In this document: positions 30,199 through 38,194 of the stretch, piece by piece
Position numbering within the stretch: position 1 is the stretch's first letter
Layout: every line of letters begins with the position of its first letter
Source of the DNA: Vulcanimicrobiota bacterium
Lineage (GTDB): Bacteria > Vulcanimicrobiota > Vulcanimicrobiia > Vulcanimicrobiales > Vulcanimicrobiaceae
Direction: 5' to 3'
DNA: 64,000 nucleotides
NCBI GenBank assembly: GCA_963786105.1
Contig: CAWAXX010000017.1
Span: 1-64,000 of the forward strand
The notes under the pieces: generated by a model
Told to the model about the DNA's origin: nothing
Databases searched by the model: none
What the model saw: only the letters and a program-made list of their open reading frames with translations
Translations under genes and position numbers: made by a program

Positions 30199-30683
30199 CG
30201 GTGCGTGTCGGTCACGGCTTCGACGCCCACCGTCTGGTTGACGGCCGCGCGTTGGTTCTCGGCGGCGTCGACGTACCGTTCGAACGCGGCGCGCTCGGAC
30301 ATTCCGATGCCGACGTGCTCGCGCACGCACTAGCCGACGCGCTACTGGGAGCCGCTGCCCTCGGCGATTTGGGAGGGCGCTTCCCCGACACCGACGCGCG
30401 CTGGAAGGATGCCGACTCGATGGAGTTGCTGGGGTCGTGTGCGCGCGAGGTCCGCGAGGCCGGTTTCAGCATAACCAACGTGGATGCGACCATCGTCGTC
30501 GAGCGTCCGAAGCTCGGGCCGCACGTCGCGCGGATGCGCGAAAACGTCGCCTCGCGTCTGGCGATCCCACCGGCGTGCGTGAGCGTGAAGGCCAAGACTA
30601 GCGAAGGCATGGGATATACCGGCGATGGACGCGGCATCGCAGCCTACGCCGTCGTCTCGTTGACGGAGAACGCAGCGCGGTGA
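30195..30683 (+). CDS. ispF: 2-C-methyl-D-erythritol 2,4-cyclodiphosphate synthase
   Basis: RVGHGFDAH, GHSDADV, GDLG..FPD, VKAKTSEGMG. Confidence 0.96.
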   Translation: MTVRVGHGFDAHRLVDGRALVLGGVDVPFERGALGHSDADVLAHALADALLGAAALGDLGGRFPDTDARWKDADSMELLGSCAREVREAGFSITNVDATIVVERPKLGPHVARMRENVASRLAIPPACVSVKAKTSEGMGYTGDGRGIAAYAVVSLTENAAR

Positions 30684-31276
30684 TCGCGTTGACGGTTGCC
30701 GAACTTACCGGCGCCATGCAGCGCTGGGGGTTCTTGGAAGAACCGGCGCCGGCGGCGGCGCTGCGCTGGATCGAAACGTTTCTCGAAGCGTACGGCGAAA
30801 CGCTCGATCGCGTCGACGACGCGTTCCCGCAGATATCGGCTCTGCGAGAAGAGTCGTGCATCATCCCGGCGCTCGAGTTGGAACGATTGCGCTCGCGCGA
30901 CGTGCTGTTCTTCTTGGACGCGGTCGGGCAGTACGTCGATCACCAACCGGAACTGCGCGGGCTGCCGCTCGACCACGATCTGCCGGCGATCGCCGACGAG
31001 TTCGGCCTCGCGGGAGACGATGCAAGGGCTGCGCTGCGGATGGCGCTGACCGGCAGCAAGACAGGACCGCCGCTCGAGCTGCTCTTTCCGCTGCTCGGGC
31101 ACGACCGGATTCTGATCCGCATCGGCGCGGTCAACTCCCGGTTGCTTCACGGCCGCGGTTTGGAGCCGATTGCGCACGGCCCCGACGGCCGGCCGTTCGA
31201 GCCTATACGCGGGAAGAAGCCATCGCCGGAGCACGCTCCCGCGGAATCCACGGGCAGGCTGCCTGGGTTAGAGTGA
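30680..31276 (+). CDS. Stand-alone glutamyl-tRNA synthetase anticodon-binding domain-like protein
   Basis: LRMALTGSKTGPPLELLFPLLGHDRILIRI matches the GluRS C-terminal motif. No HIGH or KMSKS. Located at the gltX slot between ispF and cysE. Confidence 0.75.
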   Translation: MIALTVAELTGAMQRWGFLEEPAPAAALRWIETFLEAYGETLDRVDDAFPQISALREESCIIPALELERLRSRDVLFFLDAVGQYVDHQPELRGLPLDHDLPAIADEFGLAGDDARAALRMALTGSKTGPPLELLFPLLGHDRILIRIGAVNSRLLHGRGLEPIAHGPDGRPFEPIRGKKPSPEHAPAESTGRLPGLE

Positions 31277-31279
31277 GGG

Positions 31280-31966
31280 ATGCCGTTTAAACCCCTAGAG
31301 ACCTTGGCGGCCGATCTGCGCGCGCCGCTCGAACGCGATCCGGCAGCCCGCAGCTGGGTCGACGTCGTGCTCTCGTATCCGGGGTTTCACGCGATTGTCG
31401 CGCACCGCTTGATTCACCCGCTCGCCGGCGTGCCGGTGCTGGCCCGCTTCCTCTCAAATGTCGCGCGCTTCTTTACGGGCATCGAGATCCATCCGGCCGC
31501 GAAAATCGGCAAAGGGGTGTTCATCGACCACGGCATGGGCGTCGTGATCGGCGAGACGAGCGAAGTCGGCGAAGACTGCACCATTTATCAAGGGGTGACG
31601 CTCGGCGGTACCAGTCTTTCGCATGGAAAGCGCCACCCCACCCTCGGCCGTAACGTGACGGTCGGCGTGCACTCCGTCGTGCTCGGCGCGATCACGCTTG
31701 GCGACAACGTCAAGGTCGGTGGGGGGTCGGTCGTTGTGAAGGACGTGCCGGCGAATTCGACGGTCGTCGGCGTGCCTGCGCGCGTCGTCGCGCAAGACGG
31801 CAAACCGATCCGCGCGGTGTCGGATCGTCCGCAGGTCGAGATGCCCGACCCGACCGCGGATGCGATTACGCGCCTGCGCCGGACGGTCGAGCGACTGGAG
31901 GCGCGCGTGAGCGAACTCGAGAGCGCCGAGGAACCATCGCAAGAGTCCTGGAGCTGGGTCATCTGA
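31280..31966 (+). CDS. cysE: Serine O-acetyltransferase
   Basis: ERDPAARS, YPGFHA, TGIEIHPAA, FIDHGMGVVIGET, KRHPTLG. Confidence 0.96.
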   Translation: MPFKPLETLAADLRAPLERDPAARSWVDVVLSYPGFHAIVAHRLIHPLAGVPVLARFLSNVARFFTGIEIHPAAKIGKGVFIDHGMGVVIGETSEVGEDCTIYQGVTLGGTSLSHGKRHPTLGRNVTVGVHSVVLGAITLGDNVKVGGGSVVVKDVPANSTVVGVPARVVAQDGKPIRAVSDRPQVEMPDPTADAITRLRRTVERLEARVSELESAEEPSQESWSWVI

Positions 31967-33417
31967 AGCTCTATAACTCACGGACGCGCGCCGTCGAAGC
32001 CTTCGAACCGCTTCGCGACCGCGAAGTGCGGATATACGTTTGCGGCATGACGCCTTCCGCGCGAGCGCACCTCGGCCACGCGCGTTCGTTTTTGTTTTTC
32101 GACGTCTTGCGGCGTTATCTGACGCACCTCGGCTATCGGGTCACGTACGTTCAAAACGTCACCGACATCGACGATCGCAGCATCAAAGCGGCCAAGGAAA
32201 CCGGCGAGAGCTACCGTGCGATCATCGACCGCCACTACGGCGAGTTCAAAGCATCGATGCGTAAGCTCGGCGTGCTCGAATACGATAGCGAGCCGTATGC
32301 GACCGCGTTCGTTCCTGCGATCCAGGAAATGATTCGCAAGCTGATCGCCGCGGGCAACGCGTACGTTTCCAACGACGGCATCTACTATCGCGTCGCATCG
32401 TTTGCAAACTACGGACGCCTGGCCAATCGCAATATTGACGAGCTGGAAGCCGGTGCGCGCATCGAGATCGACGAACAAAAGGAAGATCCGCTCGACTTCG
32501 CGCTGTGGAAGTTTGCCAAACCCGACGAGCCGAAGTGGCCGTTCGAGCCGTACGGCAACGGCCGCCCGGGATGGCATATCGAATGCTCGGCAATGGCGCA
32601 CGCGCTGCTCGATCCGGAGGGCGAGGGTTTCGACATCCACGGGGGCGGAGCGGATCTCATCTTTCCGCATCACGAAAACGAAATCGCGCAAAGCGAGCCG
32701 CTCATGACCCAGCCGCCGATGGCGAACTTTTGGGTTCACGGCGGATTGCTGCTTTTCGATAACAAGAAGATGTCGAAATCGTTGGGGAATTACGAGCCGC
32801 TCTCCGACCTTCTCGAACGCCACGATCCGCAAGCGATTCGCTTGTCGATGTTGCAGACGAGCTACGCTAAAGTGAAGAATTTCACCGACGAGTCGGTTGC
32901 GGGCGCCGCGGTGGCGCTGCGGCAACTCAAGAAAGCGTATCGCACGCTGCACGCCCGTTCTAAGCCGGTCGAGACCGGCCTCGGCAAAACCGGATACGCC
33001 GGGCGCGTCGAAGCCGAACTCAACGCGGATATGAACACGGCGGCCGCGTTGGCCGTCATGCTGGAGTTCGCCGGGAAAGCCGACGAGGTCGCCGAACGAG
33101 CGGGCGCAGGAGAGACGCTCTACGAGTACTCGTATCTGCTCGCCATGCTCGGTCTCGTGCCGAACGGCGAATGGCTCGACGAACCGAAACTTTCGCTGCC
33201 TGCCGATTTCCTCGAACGATTGAGCTCCACACTGCACGAGCGCTTCGACGGCGCGACGCCGGAAGCAGCCATCGAACGCGTCATCGCGATGCGGCACGAA
33301 GCGCGTGCACGCAAGGATTGGGCGGCATCGGACCGGCTGCGCGACGCGTTGCTGGAATGCGGCGTTGCGCTGAAAGACTCGAAGGAAGGCAGCTCGTGGA
33401 GCGTCGCGGCCGACTGA
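31963..33417 (+). CDS. cysS: Cysteine--tRNA ligase; probable CTG start
   Basis: (M)KLYNSRTR..EAFEP, YVCG, HLGH, DFALWK, GRPGWHIECSAM, FPHHENE, KMSKS. Confidence 0.96.
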   Translation: MKLYNSRTRAVEAFEPLRDREVRIYVCGMTPSARAHLGHARSFLFFDVLRRYLTHLGYRVTYVQNVTDIDDRSIKAAKETGESYRAIIDRHYGEFKASMRKLGVLEYDSEPYATAFVPAIQEMIRKLIAAGNAYVSNDGIYYRVASFANYGRLANRNIDELEAGARIEIDEQKEDPLDFALWKFAKPDEPKWPFEPYGNGRPGWHIECSAMAHALLDPEGEGFDIHGGGADLIFPHHENEIAQSEPLMTQPPMANFWVHGGLLLFDNKKMSKSLGNYEPLSDLLERHDPQAIRLSMLQTSYAKVKNFTDESVAGAAVALRQLKKAYRTLHARSKPVETGLGKTGYAGRVEAELNADMNTAAALAVMLEFAGKADEVAERAGAGETLYEYSYLLAMLGLVPNGEWLDEPKLSLPADFLERLSSTLHERFDGATPEAAIERVIAMRHEARARKDWAASDRLRDALLECGVALKDSKEGSSWSVAAD

Positions 33418-34163
33418 ACGCGCTCGATTTCGACGACGTCGTCTACGGCATCCACGCAACCGCAGAAGCCCTCGCCGGCGGCGAGCGGTTGCGGGCGATT
33501 CACGTCGCTGCCGACCGCAAGCGAGACGCGGCGCTGCGCGATCTGCTCGGACGCGCGAAGGATACGAACGTCCCGGTGCGCTTCGAGGACCGCGCGTTTT
33601 TTGCCAGGCTGCCGTTCAAGGCGCATCAAGGGGTGGTGGCGATCGCTCCTCCGTTCGCCTACGTCTCGTTGCACGACGTGCTCGGCGCGCGCCCTCGCGG
33701 TGAAAAGCGCCTATATGTCGTGCTCGATCACCTGACCGACCCGCATAACGTGGGTGCGATCGTGCGTACCGCCGAGTGCGCGGGCGCGGATGCGATCGTT
33801 CTTCCGGACCGGCGCTCGGCCGGCATCAATGCGACCGTACGCAAGTCGGCCGCCGGCGCGGCCGCTCACTTGCCCATCGCGCGCGTCGCCAACCTCGCCG
33901 ATGCCATTCGCGTGATGAAAAAAGCCGGCGTATGGATCGTCGGAGCCGACTCTGCGCCGCCGGCTGTAGAAATGACTCGGGCCGATCTCAACCGGGATCT
34001 CGCTTTAGTCGTCGGCGCCGAGGGCGCGGGCCTATCGCAACTAGTCAAGCGCGAGTGCGACTACCTCGCTCGCATTCCAATGCGCGGTGAAGTGGCGTCG
34101 CTGAACGCTTCGGTGGCTGCGGGCGTGCTGTTGTACGAAGCGCTGCGCCAGCGGCAGGGATAA
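33396..34163 (+). CDS. rlmB: 23S rRNA G2251 2'-O-methyltransferase; start GTG 33396 or CTG 33414
   Basis: YGIHA, HQGVVA, LDHLTDPHNVGAIVRTA, GAEGAG, SLNASVAAG. Confidence 0.94.
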   Translation: MERRGRLNALDFDDVVYGIHATAEALAGGERLRAIHVAADRKRDAALRDLLGRAKDTNVPVRFEDRAFFARLPFKAHQGVVAIAPPFAYVSLHDVLGARPRGEKRLYVVLDHLTDPHNVGAIVRTAECAGADAIVLPDRRSAGINATVRKSAAGAAAHLPIARVANLADAIRVMKKAGVWIVGADSAPPAVEMTRADLNRDLALVVGAEGAGLSQLVKRECDYLARIPMRGEVASLNASVAAGVLLYEALRQRQG

Positions 34164-34258
34164 CCTCTTTCGAAGGCGCCTCGTAAAGGCGCCTCGTTCG
34201 GAGAGCGGAATACGCTGCTTTCGGGTACGCTTGCCTGTAACGGAGGCTACGGTGCTGG

Positions 34259-35197
34259 ATGAAAACCAAGAAGAAAACTAAGGACGATACCAAAGCGGCC
34301 AACGGCAAACCCGTGGTCGCGAAGCCGCATTACGTCGAAGGCGACCCGGCTGAAAAAGTGCAGTTCTTCGATGCTAAGCTGATTTTGAAACCCGACTTCT
34401 TCGATTCGATGCGGGGCTTCAAGATGTTCAGTGACCTGGTTGCGGAAGCCGTCGGCAGGGTCCGCGGGGTTACGTACGAGCAGTTCAACCTCACCAAAGC
34501 GCGCCCGCGAATTCGAGAAGTGATGTTCGTCGATACCGCCGACTTCCGGCTTTACAACAACTCGTTCATCCTGCGTAGGCGGACCGAGTATCAGGATGGA
34601 TTTCCGATCGGCGATCCCGAGATCGTCTTCAAGTATCGGAGTAACGATCTGGAGACGACGCGGGCGGTCGACGTGCGGCCGCAGATCGCCGGACCGTATC
34701 GCATCAAGTTCAAGATGGAAGGCCTTCCGCTGAAGGACCAAGTCGGCAGCTATCGCTTGCTGTACGCGCACAACTGCATCTTCCCGGTAAGTTCGGTGCA
34801 CGCGGGAGACCGAACGAATCTAAAAACGATCGCAAAGGCGCTTCCGGCGATTGCCGGGCTGATCGGCGAGATGGAAGGCAAGGTCGAGTTGGTCAATTCG
34901 ACGCTCGTCGAGGAAGTGCTGCTGGATCTGGGCATGATCGATTTCGGCAAAGGGATGGTAGCGAAGGCGAACATCTCGTTGTGGCGCTCTCTCGGCGACC
35001 ATAAGGTCATGTGCGGAGAGTTCGCGTATCAGACGCGTTTCGAGCGCGGAGACGAGGTCGACGCGTTGGTTAGACAGCGCGTTGAGGAACTGTTTATCAA
35101 GCTTCAGCAAATCGCATCCGGCTGGTTACTCCTGGGTACGACCAAGACCGGGCTCGTTTATCGTCTGAAAGGAAATCCGCCGCAAAGCCATGAGTGA
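34259..35197 (+). CDS. Hypothetical protein, CYTH / triphosphate-tunnel-like
   Basis: AKLILKP, REVMFVDTADFRLYNNSFILRRR, VFKYR, GEFAY and TKT resemble CYTH/VTC-like motifs. Overlaps the CHR gene. Confidence 0.6.
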   Translation: MKTKKKTKDDTKAANGKPVVAKPHYVEGDPAEKVQFFDAKLILKPDFFDSMRGFKMFSDLVAEAVGRVRGVTYEQFNLTKARPRIREVMFVDTADFRLYNNSFILRRRTEYQDGFPIGDPEIVFKYRSNDLETTRAVDVRPQIAGPYRIKFKMEGLPLKDQVGSYRLLYAHNCIFPVSSVHAGDRTNLKTIAKALPAIAGLIGEMEGKVELVNSTLVEEVLLDLGMIDFGKGMVAKANISLWRSLGDHKVMCGEFAYQTRFERGDEVDALVRQRVEELFIKLQQIASGWLLLGTTKTGLVYRLKGNPPQSHE

Positions 35198-35810
35198 AAC
35201 CGTCGCCGCACAGCCGGCCGTCGCGGCGTCAAGGCCCAAAATCTCGTTGAGCGAGATGTTCTTAACGTTCCTGCAAATCGGCGCGACGAGCTTCGGTGGT
35301 GGAGTCGTCGCGTATTTGCGAAGCGCGCTGGTCGGAAAGAAGAAGTGGCTCGACGACGTCGAGTTTCTCGAGTTGATGTCGATTAGCAACACGCTTCCCG
35401 GCTTGAATGCGACGAATATGGCGATCTTAGCCGGTGACCGCCTCTGTGGAACCGTCGGTTCGGTCGCCGCGATGCTGGGGATGTGTTTGCCGGCCTTCAT
35501 CTTCATGACCGCGGCGGGAATCGCATACGACAGCTCGAGCGGCGGTCGACCGCTGGTGACCGCCGCGCTTCGCGGCGTTGCCGCGGCGGCAGTCGGTCTT
35601 ATTGCGGCGACGTGGTATCAGATTGGAAAGAAGTCGGTCAAAGGATTTTACGACGCGTTCTTCATCCTCGCTGCGGTGCTGGGCGTGAACCACTTTAAAT
35701 TCTCGGTTCCGGCAGTCCTGATCGCGGTAGGCGCGGTAGCGATCTTTGCGTACCGCCCGCGGAAGCCCGAAAAGGAGGACACCGAACAGTGGATCAGTTC
35801 TCTGCGCTAG
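35190..35810 (+). CDS. Short-chain chromate ion transporter (CHR) subunit 1
   Basis: FLQIGATSFGGG, KKWLDDVEF, TLPGLNATN, CLPAF, RGVAAAAVGLI. Confidence 0.9.
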   Translation: MSETVAAQPAVAASRPKISLSEMFLTFLQIGATSFGGGVVAYLRSALVGKKKWLDDVEFLELMSISNTLPGLNATNMAILAGDRLCGTVGSVAAMLGMCLPAFIFMTAAGIAYDSSSGGRPLVTAALRGVAAAAVGLIAATWYQIGKKSVKGFYDAFFILAAVLGVNHFKFSVPAVLIAVGAVAIFAYRPRKPEKEDTEQWISSLR

Positions 35811-36310
35811 CCGGCGTCTTCTCGTACCTGTCGCTGCTGACGGTCGGTGGCGGCATGGCCGCGTGGCCGGAAATGAAAACGCTCGTCGTCGCCACCCACC
35901 ATTGGATGACCGAGGCCCAGCTCGTCCACGTCTATTCGGTCGGGCAGATGTCGCCGGGGCCAAACATGATGATGGTCGCCGCCGTCGGTGTGAAGGTGGC
36001 GTGGATTCCGGGCGCGCTGATCGCGGCGCTGGCGTTCTTTTTGCCGACCGGCATCCTGACGTTCGCGGTCGGGCGGTTATGGACGAGGCTGGCCAACTGG
36101 CCGTGGCGCGAATCGATTCAACGCGGGCTAGGTCCGGTAGCAATTGGCTTGGCGGTTGCCGGCCTCCTGAGCTTCGGCCGCGGCTCGATCACGGGCTGGG
36201 TGACCTTGACGGTGGCGCTGGCCGTGTTTTTCACGACCATCCGCACGAAAATCAACCCGGCCGTGCTCATTCTCGGCGGCGCGGTGGTCGGCGTCGTTGC
36301 CCTCCGGTAA
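35789..36310 (+). CDS. Short-chain chromate ion transporter (CHR) subunit 2
   Basis: LSLLTVGGG, HHWMTEAQ, GQMSPGPN, FFLP, RGLGPVAIGL, TKINP. Confidence 0.9.
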   Translation: MDQFSALAGVFSYLSLLTVGGGMAAWPEMKTLVVATHHWMTEAQLVHVYSVGQMSPGPNMMMVAAVGVKVAWIPGALIAALAFFLPTGILTFAVGRLWTRLANWPWRESIQRGLGPVAIGLAVAGLLSFGRGSITGWVTLTVALAVFFTTIRTKINPAVLILGGAVVGVVALR

Positions 36311-36364
36311 CCCGGAGCGGCGGACCGAGCTTCCGCCTGCCGGACCCGGCCGCTCGTAACGTCC

Positions 36365-36393
36365 TTGACGCTGGAGGGGTGCCCTCCTATACT
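36365..36393 (+). promoter_or_regulatory. Sigma-A type promoter of sigH
   Basis: TTGACG-17 bp-TATACT. The spacer contains the inverted repeat GGAGGG-GTG-CCCTCC. Confidence 0.75.
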
Positions 36394-36467
36394 TACGTGG
36401 ATGTGCCGCGCCCGATGGGCTACGGCCCGCGCATGCGGCACACGCACCCAAAAGGCAGACAGCGACT

Positions 36468-37115
36468 ATGGCAATGACCCATCCCGTGACGGATGGTCTG
36501 GAGTACCACGAGCGGGCCGACGAAGAGCTCGTGGCCATCGCGAAAACCGGCGACAACCTCGCGATGGAATACCTTCTCAACAAATATAAAAACTTCGTCC
36601 GTATTAAGGCGAAGAGCTATTTCTTAATCGGCGCCGACCGCGAAGACATCATTCAAGAAGGGATGATCGGCTTGTACAAAGCCGTCCGCGACTTCAAAGC
36701 CGACAAGCTCTCGAGCTTTCGGGCGTTTGCCGAGTTGTGCATAACCCGGCAAATCATCACCGCGATCAAGACCGCGACCCGTCAAAAGCACATTCCGCTC
36801 AACCAATACATCTCGCTCAACAAGCCCATTTACGACGAGGACAGCGAACGCACGCTGCTCGACGTCATGGCGTCGCAGAAAACCTCGGATCCCGAGGAGC
36901 TGGTGGTTACGCAAGAGGTTTCCGACGACATCCGGCAACGGATTCGTCAAAATCTCTCCGAGCTCGAGTCGCAAGTTCTCGAGTCGTATCTGGAAGGCAA
37001 GAGCTACCAGGAGATGGCGCGCGACCTCGGCCGTCACGTGAAGTCGATCGATAACGCGCTGCAGCGCGTGAAGCGGAAGATAGAAAAGAATCTCGCCGAG
37101 TTCGAATTCCAGTAG
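36468..37115 (+). CDS. sigH: RNA polymerase sigma factor SigH (Bacillus sigma-H family)
   Basis: YFLIGADREDIIQEGMIGLYKA, SSFRAFAELCITRQIITAIKTATRQKHIPLN, KSIDNALQRVKRK. Confidence 0.96.
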   Translation: MAMTHPVTDGLEYHERADEELVAIAKTGDNLAMEYLLNKYKNFVRIKAKSYFLIGADREDIIQEGMIGLYKAVRDFKADKLSSFRAFAELCITRQIITAIKTATRQKHIPLNQYISLNKPIYDEDSERTLLDVMASQKTSDPEELVVTQEVSDDIRQRIRQNLSELESQVLESYLEGKSYQEMARDLGRHVKSIDNALQRVKRKIEKNLAEFEFQ

Positions 37116-37206
37116 GTTTTGATTCGTCCAGCTCTTCGTCGACTCGGGTCTCATTTACCGTAGTAAACTTCGACCCTCGTCTTCTCGATCTGAACGGAAT
37201 CAAAGC

Positions 37207-37545
37207 CTACTGTGCGGATGTTCCGAGCAGTTCTAGGATCTTAGCGTAGAGAGCGTCTTTGTCGGCGACCGGGTCGACGACGAAGACGTGCGTTTCACCG
37301 TGCTCGGGCTCGACGGCCACGGTCACGCGACCTCGTGCGCAGACGTCCATGCAACTCGTATTTATCGCGCGAATCGCGCCCCATCGCTCGTCGGCTTTCA
37401 GTCTTGCCTTGAGCCAATCGCGCAAATGAAAATCTCCGAACCGCGCCGCAGCGGCCGGATCTTCTTCGGGGATGCGCTCTTTCGAGCAGCGCTCGCAAAC
37501 GAGGACGAGGCCTTTCGCGAGCCATTTTGGCGTAACGTCTTGCAT
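37207..37545 (-). CDS. Thioredoxin-like [2Fe-2S] ferredoxin family protein
   Basis: VLVCERC...TSCMDVC (CxxC...CxxxC). Starts 22 bp downstream of tRNA-Thr(UGU). Confidence 0.6.
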   Translation of the reverse strand: MQDVTPKWLAKGLVLVCERCSKERIPEEDPAAAARFGDFHLRDWLKARLKADERWGAIRAINTSCMDVCARGRVTVAVEPEHGETHVFVVDPVADKDALYAKILELLGTSAQ

Positions 37546-37567
37546 GGTTTGTTTAGAGGGTTTTCCG

Positions 37568-37649
37568 AGCCGACGGCCGGATTCGAACCGGCGATGCCTT
37601 TCGGACGTGATTACAAATCACGCGCCTTCAACCGCTCAGCCACGTCGGC
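37568..37649 (-). tRNA. tRNA-Thr(UGU) with 13-nt variable arm; CCA not encoded
   Basis: GCCGACG/CGTCGGC acceptor stem, U73, anticodon stem CGTGA/TCACG, loop TT-TGT-AA, V region TCCGAAAGGCATC, T-arm GCCGG-TTCGAAT-CCGGC. Confidence 0.88.
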
Positions 37650-37729
37650 AGGATCGTCGGTGATAACCGGTTGCAGACCGCCTGAGTTTCAACGACACCT
37701 CGGACGACCCTTCGAAGGCCGTTGCTGCA

Positions 37730-38176
37730 ATGATTGAAATCCAGCGCGCGACCATCGAGCACCTCGACGCACTCTTGCCCATGGTCCAGGCGTATCGTGT
37801 CTTTTACAAGCAAGTTCCGGATGCGCGGCGCGAGCGGGACCTGATCGCCGAGCACGTGCGCCACGGCAGGTCGACGATCTTTCTGGCGCGCGACGAACGC
37901 GGGGTTCCGGTCGGGTTCGCGCAGCTCTTTCTAACGTACAGCACCGTTTGTCTCGGGCCGCAGCTCATTCTGGAAGACTTGTTCGTCGTGCCGCAAGCGC
38001 GGCGCCGCGGCGTAGCAACGAAGCTGCTGAGTCGTGCAATCGAGTATTCGCGCGAAATCGGGGCGACCGGAATGTACCTCGAGACGGCAATAGACAACGT
38101 GGCGGCACAGCGCGCGTACGAGCGGGCAGGTTGGTCGCGAGAGGCCAAATTTTATAAGTATAACGCGCCCGCGTAG
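37730..38176 (+). CDS. GNAT family N-acetyltransferase
   Basis: GFAQL, ILEDLFV.PQARRRGVA, LETAIDN..AQRAYE..GW. Confidence 0.9.
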   Translation: MIEIQRATIEHLDALLPMVQAYRVFYKQVPDARRERDLIAEHVRHGRSTIFLARDERGVPVGFAQLFLTYSTVCLGPQLILEDLFVVPQARRRGVATKLLSRAIEYSREIGATGMYLETAIDNVAAQRAYERAGWSREAKFYKYNAPA

Positions 38177-38194
38177 GAGAGTCGCGTTTTCGGA

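Noticed and set aside
31978..33459. Long antisense ORFs here and at 7413-8681, 24999-26195, 28229-29356 and 4210-5190
   Set aside because: Shadow frames of GC-rich genes with no recognisable motifs.
36468..37115. sigH as evidence of endospore formation
   Set aside because: No spo genes in the window, and SigH orthologs occur in non-sporulating bacteria.
37568..37649. Reading this tRNA as Tyr(GUA), Sec or a pseudogene
   Set aside because: The stem centres TGT, not GTA; the acceptor/T stems are 7/5 bp rather than Sec-type; all stems pair fully.
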